A stretch of 64,000 bases of DNA from Calditrichia bacterium (GTDB lineage: Bacteria; Calditrichota; Calditrichia; RBG-13-44-9; J075), in NCBI GenBank assembly GCA_050633245.1, contig JBOEGD010000016.1, positions 129,645-193,644 of the forward strand. Reading direction: 5' to 3'. The notes beneath the pieces were generated by a model. It did no database searches and had not been told where the DNA came from. It saw only the letters and a list, made by a program, of their open reading frames with translations. The position numbers and the translations under genes were made by a program. This document shows, piece after piece, positions 49,795 through 59,700 of this stretch (positions are counted from its first letter, which is position 1; every line of letters begins with the position of its first letter).

Positions 49795-50370
49795 ATGAGG
49801 ATTGCTTACAGGCTTATAATTGGATGTATCCTGCTACAGTTGTTTTTTGCAGAGAATGGACTGGCACAGCAGCAAGATCTAAATATTCGCTATACAATTC
49901 TCGCCACAACTTATGGCGAGAAAGAGAATAAGATTAAGATCAAAGTACCACCTTATTTATCGCGAAAGGAAGTCAGCCGACAAATTCGCCTTGCCATTGC
50001 CTGGCCTGGAGATCCACTTCCAGAGGTGCTAACCAAAGTGTATGTGTTTCGCGATGATGCGGTTCTTGGAAATACCTCACGGCTTGGCGGCATATATTCG
50101 CCGGTGGAGGGATTTATCTGGCATTTGAGCGGATGGGCGGCAGATACAACGATCGTAACGTACGAACTAACCTCACGCGACAGGCAGGTCTACAATACGC
50201 TATTGGACAGTATGTTTGCGAAGCAAAATTTTAAGCTGGAATCGAAAACGCTTTCCGCTACGGCAAAACGCGATATTGCCTGGCAATTTGATTTAAACGT
50301 CGCGCAAGTCGATTCTATTTTTTACCTGGTAAAATGGTGGCGTGAACTAAACGGAGCTGAGGGCCCATGA
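49795..50370 (+). CDS. Secreted hypothetical protein, paralogue 1
   Basis: GGAGG RBS, signal peptide, aligns with the next ORF. Confidence 0.85.
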   Translation: MRIAYRLIIGCILLQLFFAENGLAQQQDLNIRYTILATTYGEKENKIKIKVPPYLSRKEVSRQIRLAIAWPGDPLPEVLTKVYVFRDDAVLGNTSRLGGIYSPVEGFIWHLSGWAADTTIVTYELTSRDRQVYNTLLDSMFAKQNFKLESKTLSATAKRDIAWQFDLNVAQVDSIFYLVKWWRELNGAEGP

Positions 50371-50933
50371 GAGTTTTGATACTGCTGAACATTTTATTGT
50401 TCCCAACATTTGCAATCTCGCAGGAAACCTCCGTCTGGGATTCGCTGGACGTTCAGTACGAGGTGATCGACCAACAGTATAATAATGGAAAGGTAAGCCT
50501 GTCCATTCAACTTCCGCCTTTTTTGACGCAGGATGAAGTAAAGCGTCAGATTGAAATTGCCGTGCAGTTTCCCGGCTCGCCTCCTCCAAATGAAGTAACA
50601 GAAGTATCAATTTACGTCGAAGGTCGCAAAAGAGGCAAACGCGTGGGCCGTGCAACGTATAAACCGGGCAAAGGATTTAAGTGGAAGATCGATAAATGGA
50701 ATAGAGATTTGAACGTGATCCGCTACAGCCTGACGCCGGAAGATCGCTACATCTACGAAACGCTGATGGATACGCTCTACTCGATTGATGAGTTCTCGTT
50801 GGATAAAAATCACAAGCGAGTTAAGCGGGCAAAAAAAGAACTCGCCAAGCGCAGTGAAATAACGCTCGACGAGTTGGAAAATTTATACTATCGCGTAAAG
50901 TGGTGGCAGGCTCAGGAAGAGCGGAAACGATAG
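50367..50933 (+). CDS. Secreted hypothetical protein, paralogue 2
   Basis: ATGA overlap with paralogue 1. Shared PP.L...EV.RQI, PG.P.P, GF.W...W, Y.LT..DR..Y.TL.D, AK, VKWW. Confidence 0.85.
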   Translation: MRVLILLNILLFPTFAISQETSVWDSLDVQYEVIDQQYNNGKVSLSIQLPPFLTQDEVKRQIEIAVQFPGSPPPNEVTEVSIYVEGRKRGKRVGRATYKPGKGFKWKIDKWNRDLNVIRYSLTPEDRYIYETLMDTLYSIDEFSLDKNHKRVKRAKKELAKRSEITLDELENLYYRVKWWQAQEERKR

Positions 50934-50938
50934 CCTTT

Positions 50939-51706
50939 TTATAGTTGAAGTCGATACCCTAAAGATACATAAATTTCTAGCTGTGGATCCGCAAGTTTTC
51001 TGACACCTGTTGGTTCAGCTGTTTCGACAAACATTCCATTTTGCGAAACTTCGATGTCACCCCGCGTTACGCTTCCAATATCGATATGTCCTCCAAGACC
51101 AAACTCGACACCCGATCCCCCAACGCGCATTAGCTCGACCCCACCACCCAAACGAAAGAATGTACCTGCATCATATGAATGCGCGAAATCAAATCCATCA
51201 AAGTCTCCGGCCCCCGTATAGCTTCCTTCATAATTGCGTAAAGGAACTCCGGCAAAACCATAAACAAAGGTTGAGTTTTCAGAGTCAAAAAAATTACCAA
51301 GACCAATAAATGGTGTGATACTGCTTATTTTTAGCTTCTCCCCAAGAACAACCTCAGATCCCATTTCATTATTGGTTATTGTCGAACGGGCATATTCTAT
51401 CCCGACAAAAAGTTGCGGCTTCATATTTATCGGCAAATAGTAGGAAAGAGATCCTTTTATATCAAGTCCATGACCGAAGAAAAGTGAAATTGAAGGGTCT
51501 CCAGTGGTGTCCTCAAACTGATCGGGAATATTCGGATCGTTATTAGATCTATCTTTTAAATGAAACTGAGGCCCAACGTCCAAACGGACTTTCAGGCTGT
51601 GCCTCTTCAAAAGAGTTGCAAGTGTATCAGGCTCACTTATTGTTTGGCCGAAGCCAGCCGTAACTCCGGAAGCAATAAGAAGAAGAAATACCGTAGCTGT
51701 TTTCAT
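50939..51706 (-). CDS. Putative outer-membrane beta-barrel protein
   Basis: Signal peptide, alternating beta-strands rich in G and aromatic residues, C-terminal YVSLGYRLQL. Confidence 0.65.
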   Translation of the reverse strand: MKTATVFLLLIASGVTAGFGQTISEPDTLATLLKRHSLKVRLDVGPQFHLKDRSNNDPNIPDQFEDTTGDPSISLFFGHGLDIKGSLSYYLPINMKPQLFVGIEYARSTITNNEMGSEVVLGEKLKISSITPFIGLGNFFDSENSTFVYGFAGVPLRNYEGSYTGAGDFDGFDFAHSYDAGTFFRLGGGVELMRVGGSGVEFGLGGHIDIGSVTRGDIEVSQNGMFVETAEPTGVRKLADPQLEIYVSLGYRLQL

Positions 51707-51858
51707 AATTCGATTGTGCATGTGTCGTCTCCAGGAAAATGGTATTACTCAACTATTAGCCACCAGCACAAGAAATTATGAAAAATAGTACCATTATTTT
51801 GATAGCACAAAGCCCGCCTCAAAAGCATCTGTTTCCATTTATATAGATATCACAATTC

Positions 51859-52995
51859 CTATGACATGCGATAGTGCACATCGCGCTCTTCAAGATACTT
51901 TATGATGTATTCGAAACAGCCGTCCGCTGCACCAACATATTCTGGTGGAGAAATCCCCTTCTGCGAATACAACCCTTCAGCCAGCATGTTCACCGCAGCG
52001 GTGCAGGTAAATCCCGTGGTGCGTGCCATCGATGAAAAGCCGGTTCCGGGATCGTTGCGATCAAACAGGTGATAGCTATAGCTGGAGTCCTTACCGTCTT
52101 CTTTTCCTTGAACCGAAACCAGCATCACGGTAAACTCTTCCTCCCCTTCTCCAAGCTTCCACTTATCGAACAGCAAATGGCTGCTAAGGTCAATCGGACG
52201 CACCTTCGTTCCACGTATCGCGATTTCCTCCTGATTGAAAAAACCGCTATCGCGTAATACCCGCATCAAATAAATGTGCCCCGGATAGCGCAGTGTTTTT
52301 TCCTTCATGTTGGGAATATCCATCGTTTTGAGCAGCGTGCGAAGTCCATCGGTATTAAATGCCTCCAACGTTCCGATGTTCTCCAGCTCCAGGTATTCCG
52401 GTTCGGACAGCGCTTTTTTTACAACGTCCTTCCCGTTTTCGCGAATACGAGCCGGTCGCGTATACTCTTCCAGCACGTCAATTGGAGAAAAGGGTGCTTT
52501 ATATTCATACGGCCAGGAACGCACAACGGGCAATCCACCGACATAGCATTCAAAGTTTTCTACATCCATTTTGGAATTATAATATCCCAGAATAAGATTA
52601 CTCATTCCCGGTGCAACACCACAATCCACTATTGCCGTAACGTCGTGCTTCTTCGCCAACTCATCCAGTTCAAACGGATCGGCATCAAAAAAAGAAATGT
52701 CAACAATCGACTTTCCTGCTTCTATTACCGTCTTCAGCATCTCATATCCCATATGTCCGGGAACGGCTCCCACAACAATATCAGCATTCTCGACCGCTTT
52801 AGTAATCGCGGTTGAATCACTGAGGTCGGCCTCTATCGTTTCAATATCGTATTCATCTCGCAGCTCGGCTAAAACGATAGGGTTGACGTCTACAGAAGTC
52901 ACCGTAAAGGCCTGTTTCAAGTCGATAGCCATCGCCTTACCAACCAAACCGGCCCCAAGTACAACAACTTTAGTGTGAGCCTTTTTCATCTCCAT
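51859..52995 (-). CDS. Saccharopine dehydrogenase / lysine 6-dehydrogenase family protein
   Basis: GAGLVG, DCGVAPG, VGGLP, TDGLRTL, KTLRYPGH, MARTTG. Confidence 0.92.
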   Translation of the reverse strand: MEMKKAHTKVVVLGAGLVGKAMAIDLKQAFTVTSVDVNPIVLAELRDEYDIETIEADLSDSTAITKAVENADIVVGAVPGHMGYEMLKTVIEAGKSIVDISFFDADPFELDELAKKHDVTAIVDCGVAPGMSNLILGYYNSKMDVENFECYVGGLPVVRSWPYEYKAPFSPIDVLEEYTRPARIRENGKDVVKKALSEPEYLELENIGTLEAFNTDGLRTLLKTMDIPNMKEKTLRYPGHIYLMRVLRDSGFFNQEEIAIRGTKVRPIDLSSHLLFDKWKLGEGEEEFTVMLVSVQGKEDGKDSSYSYHLFDRNDPGTGFSSMARTTGFTCTAAVNMLAEGLYSQKGISPPEYVGAADGCFEYIIKYLEERDVHYRMS

Positions 52996-53036
52996 TGCAT
53001 ATCCTTTCTTTAACAGGGGAAGTGGTAATTGAGTCA

Positions 53037-53573
53037 TTACGCTGCCGGAAGTTTTGACGCCAGTTTTTTGAGCTGACGATGATGGTTTTCGTAGTGCTCG
53101 GTTAAAAAATGGAACGTTTGTTCGAGACTAAGATAACCAGCCAGTGGATGCCGAAAAACGCAGGCCTTTTGCTTTTCGGGGGGCAGTGCAAGGGCAAGTT
53201 GGCGTAGCCCCTGATGTGCGACATCCCAACGGGCAAGAGTTTCTTCCATGTTCGGCGAATCTGATGGTTCGATAACCGGCGTTGGCACTTTTATTTTTAT
53301 TGGTGATCGTAATATAAACGTCAGAAAGGCTGTTTTCACGTACTCGAGAGTTCCCGGCAGCGATAAATTATCAGACTGGCTCTTTTTTTGAATATAGCCC
53401 AGGGCAGCTTCTTCGACCTTAGCCAGGTGCTCAGCGATTTGATCGGCAGACCAACTTTGGTCACCCGAAGGCTGGCCAACTTTGTCTTTTCGTAATTTAT
53501 GTAACGATTCCAGAAACGCCTGTTTTGCGGCATCCCATCGTTCAATCTTTTCTAACAACATATTTGACCCCAA
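53037..53573 (-). CDS. DinB family protein
   Basis: WSADQIAEHL, HPLAG, HYENHHRQ. Confidence 0.88.
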   Translation of the reverse strand: MGSNMLLEKIERWDAAKQAFLESLHKLRKDKVGQPSGDQSWSADQIAEHLAKVEEAALGYIQKKSQSDNLSLPGTLEYVKTAFLTFILRSPIKIKVPTPVIEPSDSPNMEETLARWDVAHQGLRQLALALPPEKQKACVFRHPLAGYLSLEQTFHFLTEHYENHHRQLKKLASKLPAA

Positions 53574-53638
53574 AGCGTAAATCTAATGCTTCAAACTTAC
53601 GCGATGAGGGCAGATATGCAACATGTTTTCTGTGAAGA

Positions 53639-54769
53639 TTAGTCGAAAAACTCGTACCAGCGCTTCTTCACTTTAACCAAATCGACCAAGACTGCTTCCA
53701 GACCATCAACAACGCGCGCCATGTGGGCATAATTCAAATCGCGCGGCAGATCCTTACGCGTGGCATGATAAGGATTACGAGACTCTCCTGTATCGGTAAT
53801 CAACACAGCAGGATATTCTTTCCGCCAGAAAGCTCGCTGACAAACGCCACCAAGCCCCTCACTGGTATCGGGAAAAAGAAATCCTTGTGAGGGAAACTGC
53901 GCTTTGTTGCGAAATGAACGAATGGTTTCCTGTACCAAGTTCGCTGAGGACGTATTGCCGACAAAGGCGACAAAGTTCGCTTCATCCGGATAAAAAAACT
54001 GTAGCGGGAGCGGATACTTCTGGCTGGAGCTGTGCTGCGAATAATAACCTAATGATTCCAGAGTCAGAACAGCCTTAACCGATTCGCCATCTTTTTGCAG
54101 TGTTTCAGCGTAAGAATTACTTCCACGCTTTTCCAGTGGCAACGTATCGTATGCTTCGTTGGCAAACAGCACAAATCTTAACGTGCGGGAAACTTCCCTA
54201 TCGGCCAGCTTGCGCGCCAATGCCAGAAGAGCAGCAACTCCGGAAGCCGAGGCATTTGCAGCTACGCTGTTTTCAGGCGAATCATAAGGTGCGCCAACCA
54301 CAACGGTCTCTGCATCATTTTCTTTGCCGGTAATTTCGGCAACAAGATTATAGCAAATTTTGTCTTTAACGACGATGGGATAGCGAAGGACATCATAACC
54401 AGCCTCGCGTAGCGAGAATTCCAGGTAATCTACCGCTTCTTCATATTTATCGAAACGACCGACGTGGCGTTCGCCAATTCTTCCGGCAAGGATATCCACA
54501 TCAAAGCGAAGCGACTGTTCGTATTCAATTTGATCTTTTGAAAGTTCCGGGAGGGGATGTTCAAAACTACTTCCGGGCATTCGGGTTGTCATATAGCCTG
54601 TCAGCAATAATAACCCAACAACTCCGGCAAACAGGGTGCGAATAATTCGGCTCAGGAACAGTAAATGAAACCACACAATCTTCAGCAAAAAGCCCACGAT
54701 ACCTACTCCATTAGTTATATCAAGAATCCATTTGAGGAGCAGTATATAACGAGAAAAAGCGGTTGTCAA
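53639..54769 (-). CDS. M28 peptidase-fold protein, probably catalytically inactive
   Basis: NLVAEI, RTLRFVLF, SQKYP, NFVAFVGN, RNPYH scaffold with most Zn ligands substituted. The start is uncertain. Confidence 0.8.
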   Translation of the reverse strand: MTTAFSRYILLLKWILDITNGVGIVGFLLKIVWFHLLFLSRIIRTLFAGVVGLLLLTGYMTTRMPGSSFEHPLPELSKDQIEYEQSLRFDVDILAGRIGERHVGRFDKYEEAVDYLEFSLREAGYDVLRYPIVVKDKICYNLVAEITGKENDAETVVVGAPYDSPENSVAANASASGVAALLALARKLADREVSRTLRFVLFANEAYDTLPLEKRGSNSYAETLQKDGESVKAVLTLESLGYYSQHSSSQKYPLPLQFFYPDEANFVAFVGNTSSANLVQETIRSFRNKAQFPSQGFLFPDTSEGLGGVCQRAFWRKEYPAVLITDTGESRNPYHATRKDLPRDLNYAHMARVVDGLEAVLVDLVKVKKRWYEFFD

Positions 54770-54907
54770 TACCCCTAAGCCGGATTAAAAACAGCGTTTT
54801 TGTCGCTGTGATGTGGGATTTTTTGCAGTGTGCAAAGTGTATACAAATTCGCGAAAAAGAGTGAAAATCAGGGAAATAGTCGTCGCTATAAATCGACAAC
54901 ATTGTCG

Positions 54908-56644
54908 TTAATCATGCCGACGGCGGTTCATTCGCGTGATTAACTGTCGATATTTTGTGTTTTGCGTGTGACGAGCGCCAAACAATTCAAAGAAAATGAA
55001 GCCGCGGAACAGGCCTTTTCGGTCTCCAACGGTTGCAAGCTGACGCGCTTTGCGCAGATTTTTTGATTTTTCCTGCTCAAGCTGCATATCGCGTACAAAT
55101 AGCGGAGCAAACAGTCGTTCGATTCTTCCACCGGAAAATCTTTTTAGCGCATTTCCGATAGAATATTTTTGCAATCGCTGCCAGGCAAACTCTTTTTTTC
55201 GCACTGCAGGAACAATCTCCTCTGCAGAAAAACCTTCCTGTTCGGCAATCCAGCTGGAGGCGTAAAAAACGTTCTGCTTTTCACTCCAGTAACTCGCCGG
55301 AACATTGCCAATTTCCCATGGCTCATAGCGTCTTGGCCAGGCGGCATTTATTGCGCGAAACAGATTTTTACCGAAGCGTTTTTCGAATAATGTAGCGAGA
55401 CCAAACTCACTAAACGTTTTGCGTGTTAACTCCCCTGCCCGAATTCGATCGGCCAATTCGGATACATCCCAGCTTTTTTCAGAGATCATCCAGCGAATCG
55501 CTTCGGCGGCGGTTTCATCCGTCCAAACGCTGGCCGGAATTTTACCGATTTGCCAGGGACGTAGTTGTGGGTAAGCAACGGCAACCGCTCGTGAAGCGGA
55601 ATTATAATAGGTATTGAAAAGATAGGATAAACCATTTGATGCAAAGTGTTCTCGTTTAAGCGAATGTCGATAAAGTTTTTCAGGCATAAAACCAAGTCGT
55701 TCTTCAATTAACCAACGAACCGCTTCAGTACGATGCGTCTCTACTTCCCAGTAGTTGGCATCGCAGCGACTGGCAATCCATGGATGAATACGATCGACAT
55801 AGGCATTTCGCAGCACGCGATTAGCAGAATAGTTAAATCTGCGATAGAGATTTTGTAGCTTGTGTTTTAGGAAAAAAACTTCATCTGCCTGTTCAAGAAT
55901 AGCCTCCGGCGTGCTTTGCAATAAATCTTCAATAAGGAAACGTACTAAAACAGCAGCTCGCTCATCTCCATTTTTTGCGAAGAGATGCGGCGGCATGCGA
56001 CGCTCAATGCCGACATAGCACTTAAAGAAGCTATCGCAAAGCTGTTGGTCTGTGAGAGATTTTCGTCCATCGAGATCGACAGTTAACGGAATCTGCCCAT
56101 CCGGATAAAAACGACGCAATAGACTAATTGTCTCAACAATGCGTTTTAGGGTAGAATCAGATCGCTCCTCATCAAATGAGATACGCCCCAGCGAGCGCCA
56201 CCATTCCGGATAGGCAGCAAGAATCGTTTCGCTTAGATATTCTCCATCTTCAGGGGAAAGCACATTGAGGAGATGATCGAGAACCTGTTCGCTATTGTCC
56301 ACGTCAGGCTCTACCAGGATTTCCTTCTCCTCAGCATGCAGCACGTGCTCCAGCTTATCAACAGAAGTAAAGCGGCGCTTACCGATATCGGGAAAAAAAA
56401 TACGTCGAACAGAGTTGATGGCTTCGAGAAGAGTCTCCCGATAGCTTTTCTCGGAGAATACAATAGTTGTGAGAAGCTCAACAATGGCAGGTTCACCAAG
56501 GGCAGACTGACAGAGTTCTTCGTGCTCGTGAGCATCTATTTGGGAGTAACCACGCCCGCGAAGCAGCTCGCTTAGGAGCTGCTCTGAATATGAATACGCT
56601 TGCTGATAGTTGGCTGAAACCTGGGCACCTGATAGCTGCATCAT
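54908..56644 (-). CDS. DUF4046-like repeat protein with possible degenerate sigma-70-like N-terminus
   Basis: Three to four ~75-aa repeats (EAVRWLIE...F...GL..LF...AYP....PW....P...W). Confidence 0.7.
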   Translation of the reverse strand: MMQLSGAQVSANYQQAYSYSEQLLSELLRGRGYSQIDAHEHEELCQSALGEPAIVELLTTIVFSEKSYRETLLEAINSVRRIFFPDIGKRRFTSVDKLEHVLHAEEKEILVEPDVDNSEQVLDHLLNVLSPEDGEYLSETILAAYPEWWRSLGRISFDEERSDSTLKRIVETISLLRRFYPDGQIPLTVDLDGRKSLTDQQLCDSFFKCYVGIERRMPPHLFAKNGDERAAVLVRFLIEDLLQSTPEAILEQADEVFFLKHKLQNLYRRFNYSANRVLRNAYVDRIHPWIASRCDANYWEVETHRTEAVRWLIEERLGFMPEKLYRHSLKREHFASNGLSYLFNTYYNSASRAVAVAYPQLRPWQIGKIPASVWTDETAAEAIRWMISEKSWDVSELADRIRAGELTRKTFSEFGLATLFEKRFGKNLFRAINAAWPRRYEPWEIGNVPASYWSEKQNVFYASSWIAEQEGFSAEEIVPAVRKKEFAWQRLQKYSIGNALKRFSGGRIERLFAPLFVRDMQLEQEKSKNLRKARQLATVGDRKGLFRGFIFFELFGARHTQNTKYRQLITRMNRRRHD

Positions 56645-56773
56645 TTTCGCTCCCTGCGATAAACTTTTCCTATTAATGCTACGTCCTAATGAAAGGTGAA
56701 TGAGAAAAATGTTCTAAACAGCGATCAGCGTGACGTTATTGCCAATCTTCGACAAAATTCAGGCAGTTCTAGC

Positions 56774-59700
56774 CTATTTTTTCAGTACGCTCACTGCTTT
56801 GCCTTCGATAGAAGCACGAAAGTCATTGTTATACATCGCTTCAACAATTGTTCCGGGCAGTTCAAAATCGCCGACGGTAACGGCATTTAGCTTAACCAGA
56901 AAGTGATTCTCTGAATTCCGATTGCGCAAATCGAAAAACCACATGATGCGATCATCACGGATATCAAGATAATCGTAGTTGTTTATGCGCCATTTCGATG
57001 CCCACCCGGGAAGCGCCTCACCGGATAGGCGCGTATTTTCGATTTCCCAACCGGATGGCAGCACCTGAACTAAAGCTATTTCGTCAATTCGTCCTTTATA
57101 TGGCCTTGCGGGAGAAACGGAATAATGAGCCCAGAATGTCGTTCCCTGCTTAAGCGCAGCCGGATTTATCGGCGCACCATCATTGTCTAACCACTCCAAA
57201 TTGAGTTTCAGACTCTTGGAATCGGTTTTAACATCGCTTTTTAGCGGAACACCATTCCAATCGAGCGACAGAAAGGCGCGAGCGGTTGTTGAGCTTTTAT
57301 CCAGCTCAATTGTTACTTCCTTACCAAAACCGCTCAGCAGCTCACGATCAAAACTAAATTTATCGGTATCAAATGCCACGCGTTCTCCATCGGGGAGCAC
57401 AATATTTCCCTTCATACGTGGAGTAGAGCCTTCTTTACCTTCCAGCGCATCGAGGTATTTACCGATGGCCATCAACATATAGCCTGTCGTTTGTGTTGAG
57501 TACCAATAGCTGCGGTTCGAAAGTGCCAAGCTCAGCTCACTGGCGAGTTTATCAGCATCTGTCCAGCGTTCGAAGGCAACAAGTTGCTCAAGAATCATTG
57601 CGCGATCGCGGTTTTCAGAGCCATAGCTAAATGACCAACCAGAATACTTCTCCGCCGTAAATCCGGTTTCTTTAACCACACGTCCTGCTACCTCTTTTTG
57701 CCCTGCCAACAAATAAGCACTGCCAAGCAACCACTTATTGCTATTATTCATTTTGCTCATTTCATTTTCACGCAGCAGGTTCATTGCACCAATATCAGCC
57801 TTACCGGCACGAGCCAGTACATAAACACGATAAACGCGCGTTTTGATATTGTCTTTCGTGTCTTTCGCTTTACTTCTTAAGTATCGCAAGGCATTGTTGA
57901 GCATAACATCGGAAACGCTATAGCCTTTTTTGCCTGCCTCTACCATGAAATGAGTCGCGTAGAGTGTTCCCCACTCAGACACATCTGTATTACCAGGCCA
58001 GTAGGAAAACCCACCCGAAGAAAGCTGGAAACGGTGAAGTCTTTCTATACCACGATTGATGTTACGATCGATATCTTCGTTCCGATAGGCAACCTTATTC
58101 TCATTGACTAAACCCTTCAGAAAACCTTTCAGGTAGAGCTGTGGAAAGACAGAAGACGTCGTTTGCTCTATGCACCCGTATGGATAGCGGATGAGATACA
58201 AAATTCGGCTTGAGAAGTTCGTATTCGGACGTCGTCGAATACTGATAGACGCCACGTTAGAACCGGGAAGGCCGCGATTAGGAATCAGCATTTTCACCGA
58301 TGAGCCTTTGTCTATGGTCTTATCTTCATTATCAAATACCCGGGCAGACGACGGGCGAACATACATATCAATTTCATTGACACTTTTGTAGCTACCCGAT
58401 CGTGCTTCTACAATAATCTTGGACTGGCCAATGGCAGCATCGGCCTGTAGATTGAATGACACATCCTGATCACCGGTTTTTGCAAAGGTCAGCTTCTGTA
58501 ATCCTTCGCCTACAACTTTTAGCGGCCCGGTAGTCTTAACCGTTACATCAACTTCACCAATGCCTTCTTTCATGGCGAAGACGGTAACCGGCACAGAAAT
58601 TTTATCCCCCGGTGCCATGGCTCGTGGAAAAGACGAGACAGCCATCAACTCGGTTTTTACCGGAACGGCTTTTTCCGCTTTTCCATAGCGGTTCCCGGTC
58701 GCTGAAACAACCATCGCGCGAACCGAGCCCACATAGTTCGGCATCGTGAATTCTACAACCGCCTTGCCGTTGCGATCCGTTGTGATCGGGCCCTTAAACA
58801 TAGAGACCGGCTTAAAACGTTTTTTCTTACCGCTTTCGAGCTGTGAGGAGCGAAATTTTGAGGCCAGTCCACCACCAATAGAGAAGGTGCGGAACACATC
58901 GCCTTTATGCGCACCTAATACCTGTGCGAACAAGTCAAATGATTCTACCCCGAGCCGCAACTTACGAAAGAAGTGCTTCCAGGCATCAGGCGTATCAAAA
59001 CGGGTCAGATCCAGCAGACCTTCATCGACCACTGCAATTGTAAACTGCGTTGGCTCGCCATCCTCTGTCTGCACTTCGATTTTGAAAGGCGCATTCGATC
59101 GCAGCTCATCTGGCATATTTATTCTTATCGCCTGGTGCGTTGCGGCTTGCTCAACGTTTAGCGGCACCACGCCGTACATCCGCAGTGGGCGATCATTAGC
59201 GGTTTGGGCATGTGGCTGGATGATGGAGATAGAGGCGTAGGTTGTCGGCAACATCTCCTCCGTCACAGGAATTTCCACCTTCATTTCATTACCGCTTTGC
59301 AGGGCAATCCAGCGTGACGAAATTATTTTTTGCTCCTTCTCAATCGATAACAAAACGCTACCTTCGGCAGGTGCCGGGAAGGAGATCACAGCGGTTTCAC
59401 CAACATCATATTTATCTTTGTCCGCAGACAGTGCTAAAACCCCGGCATCTTTACCACTCGCAGAGCTGCCCCAACTATCCACGAGAATCATAAAGGCGGA
59501 TGAATGCCCGGTCTCACCGTCTTGAACTTCTATTAAAAAACTACCTTCACGTTCAGGCGTGTAAGACAATATCCCGGCAACACCCTGAGAAACCAGCTTG
59601 CCTTCTTTCTCTAACTTCGTAGCAGAAGAGCTTTTGAAACGCAGCAGGTAACTGTTGCGAGAATCGTATTCCCACCACCAATAGCTATCGGAGGCGTAAA

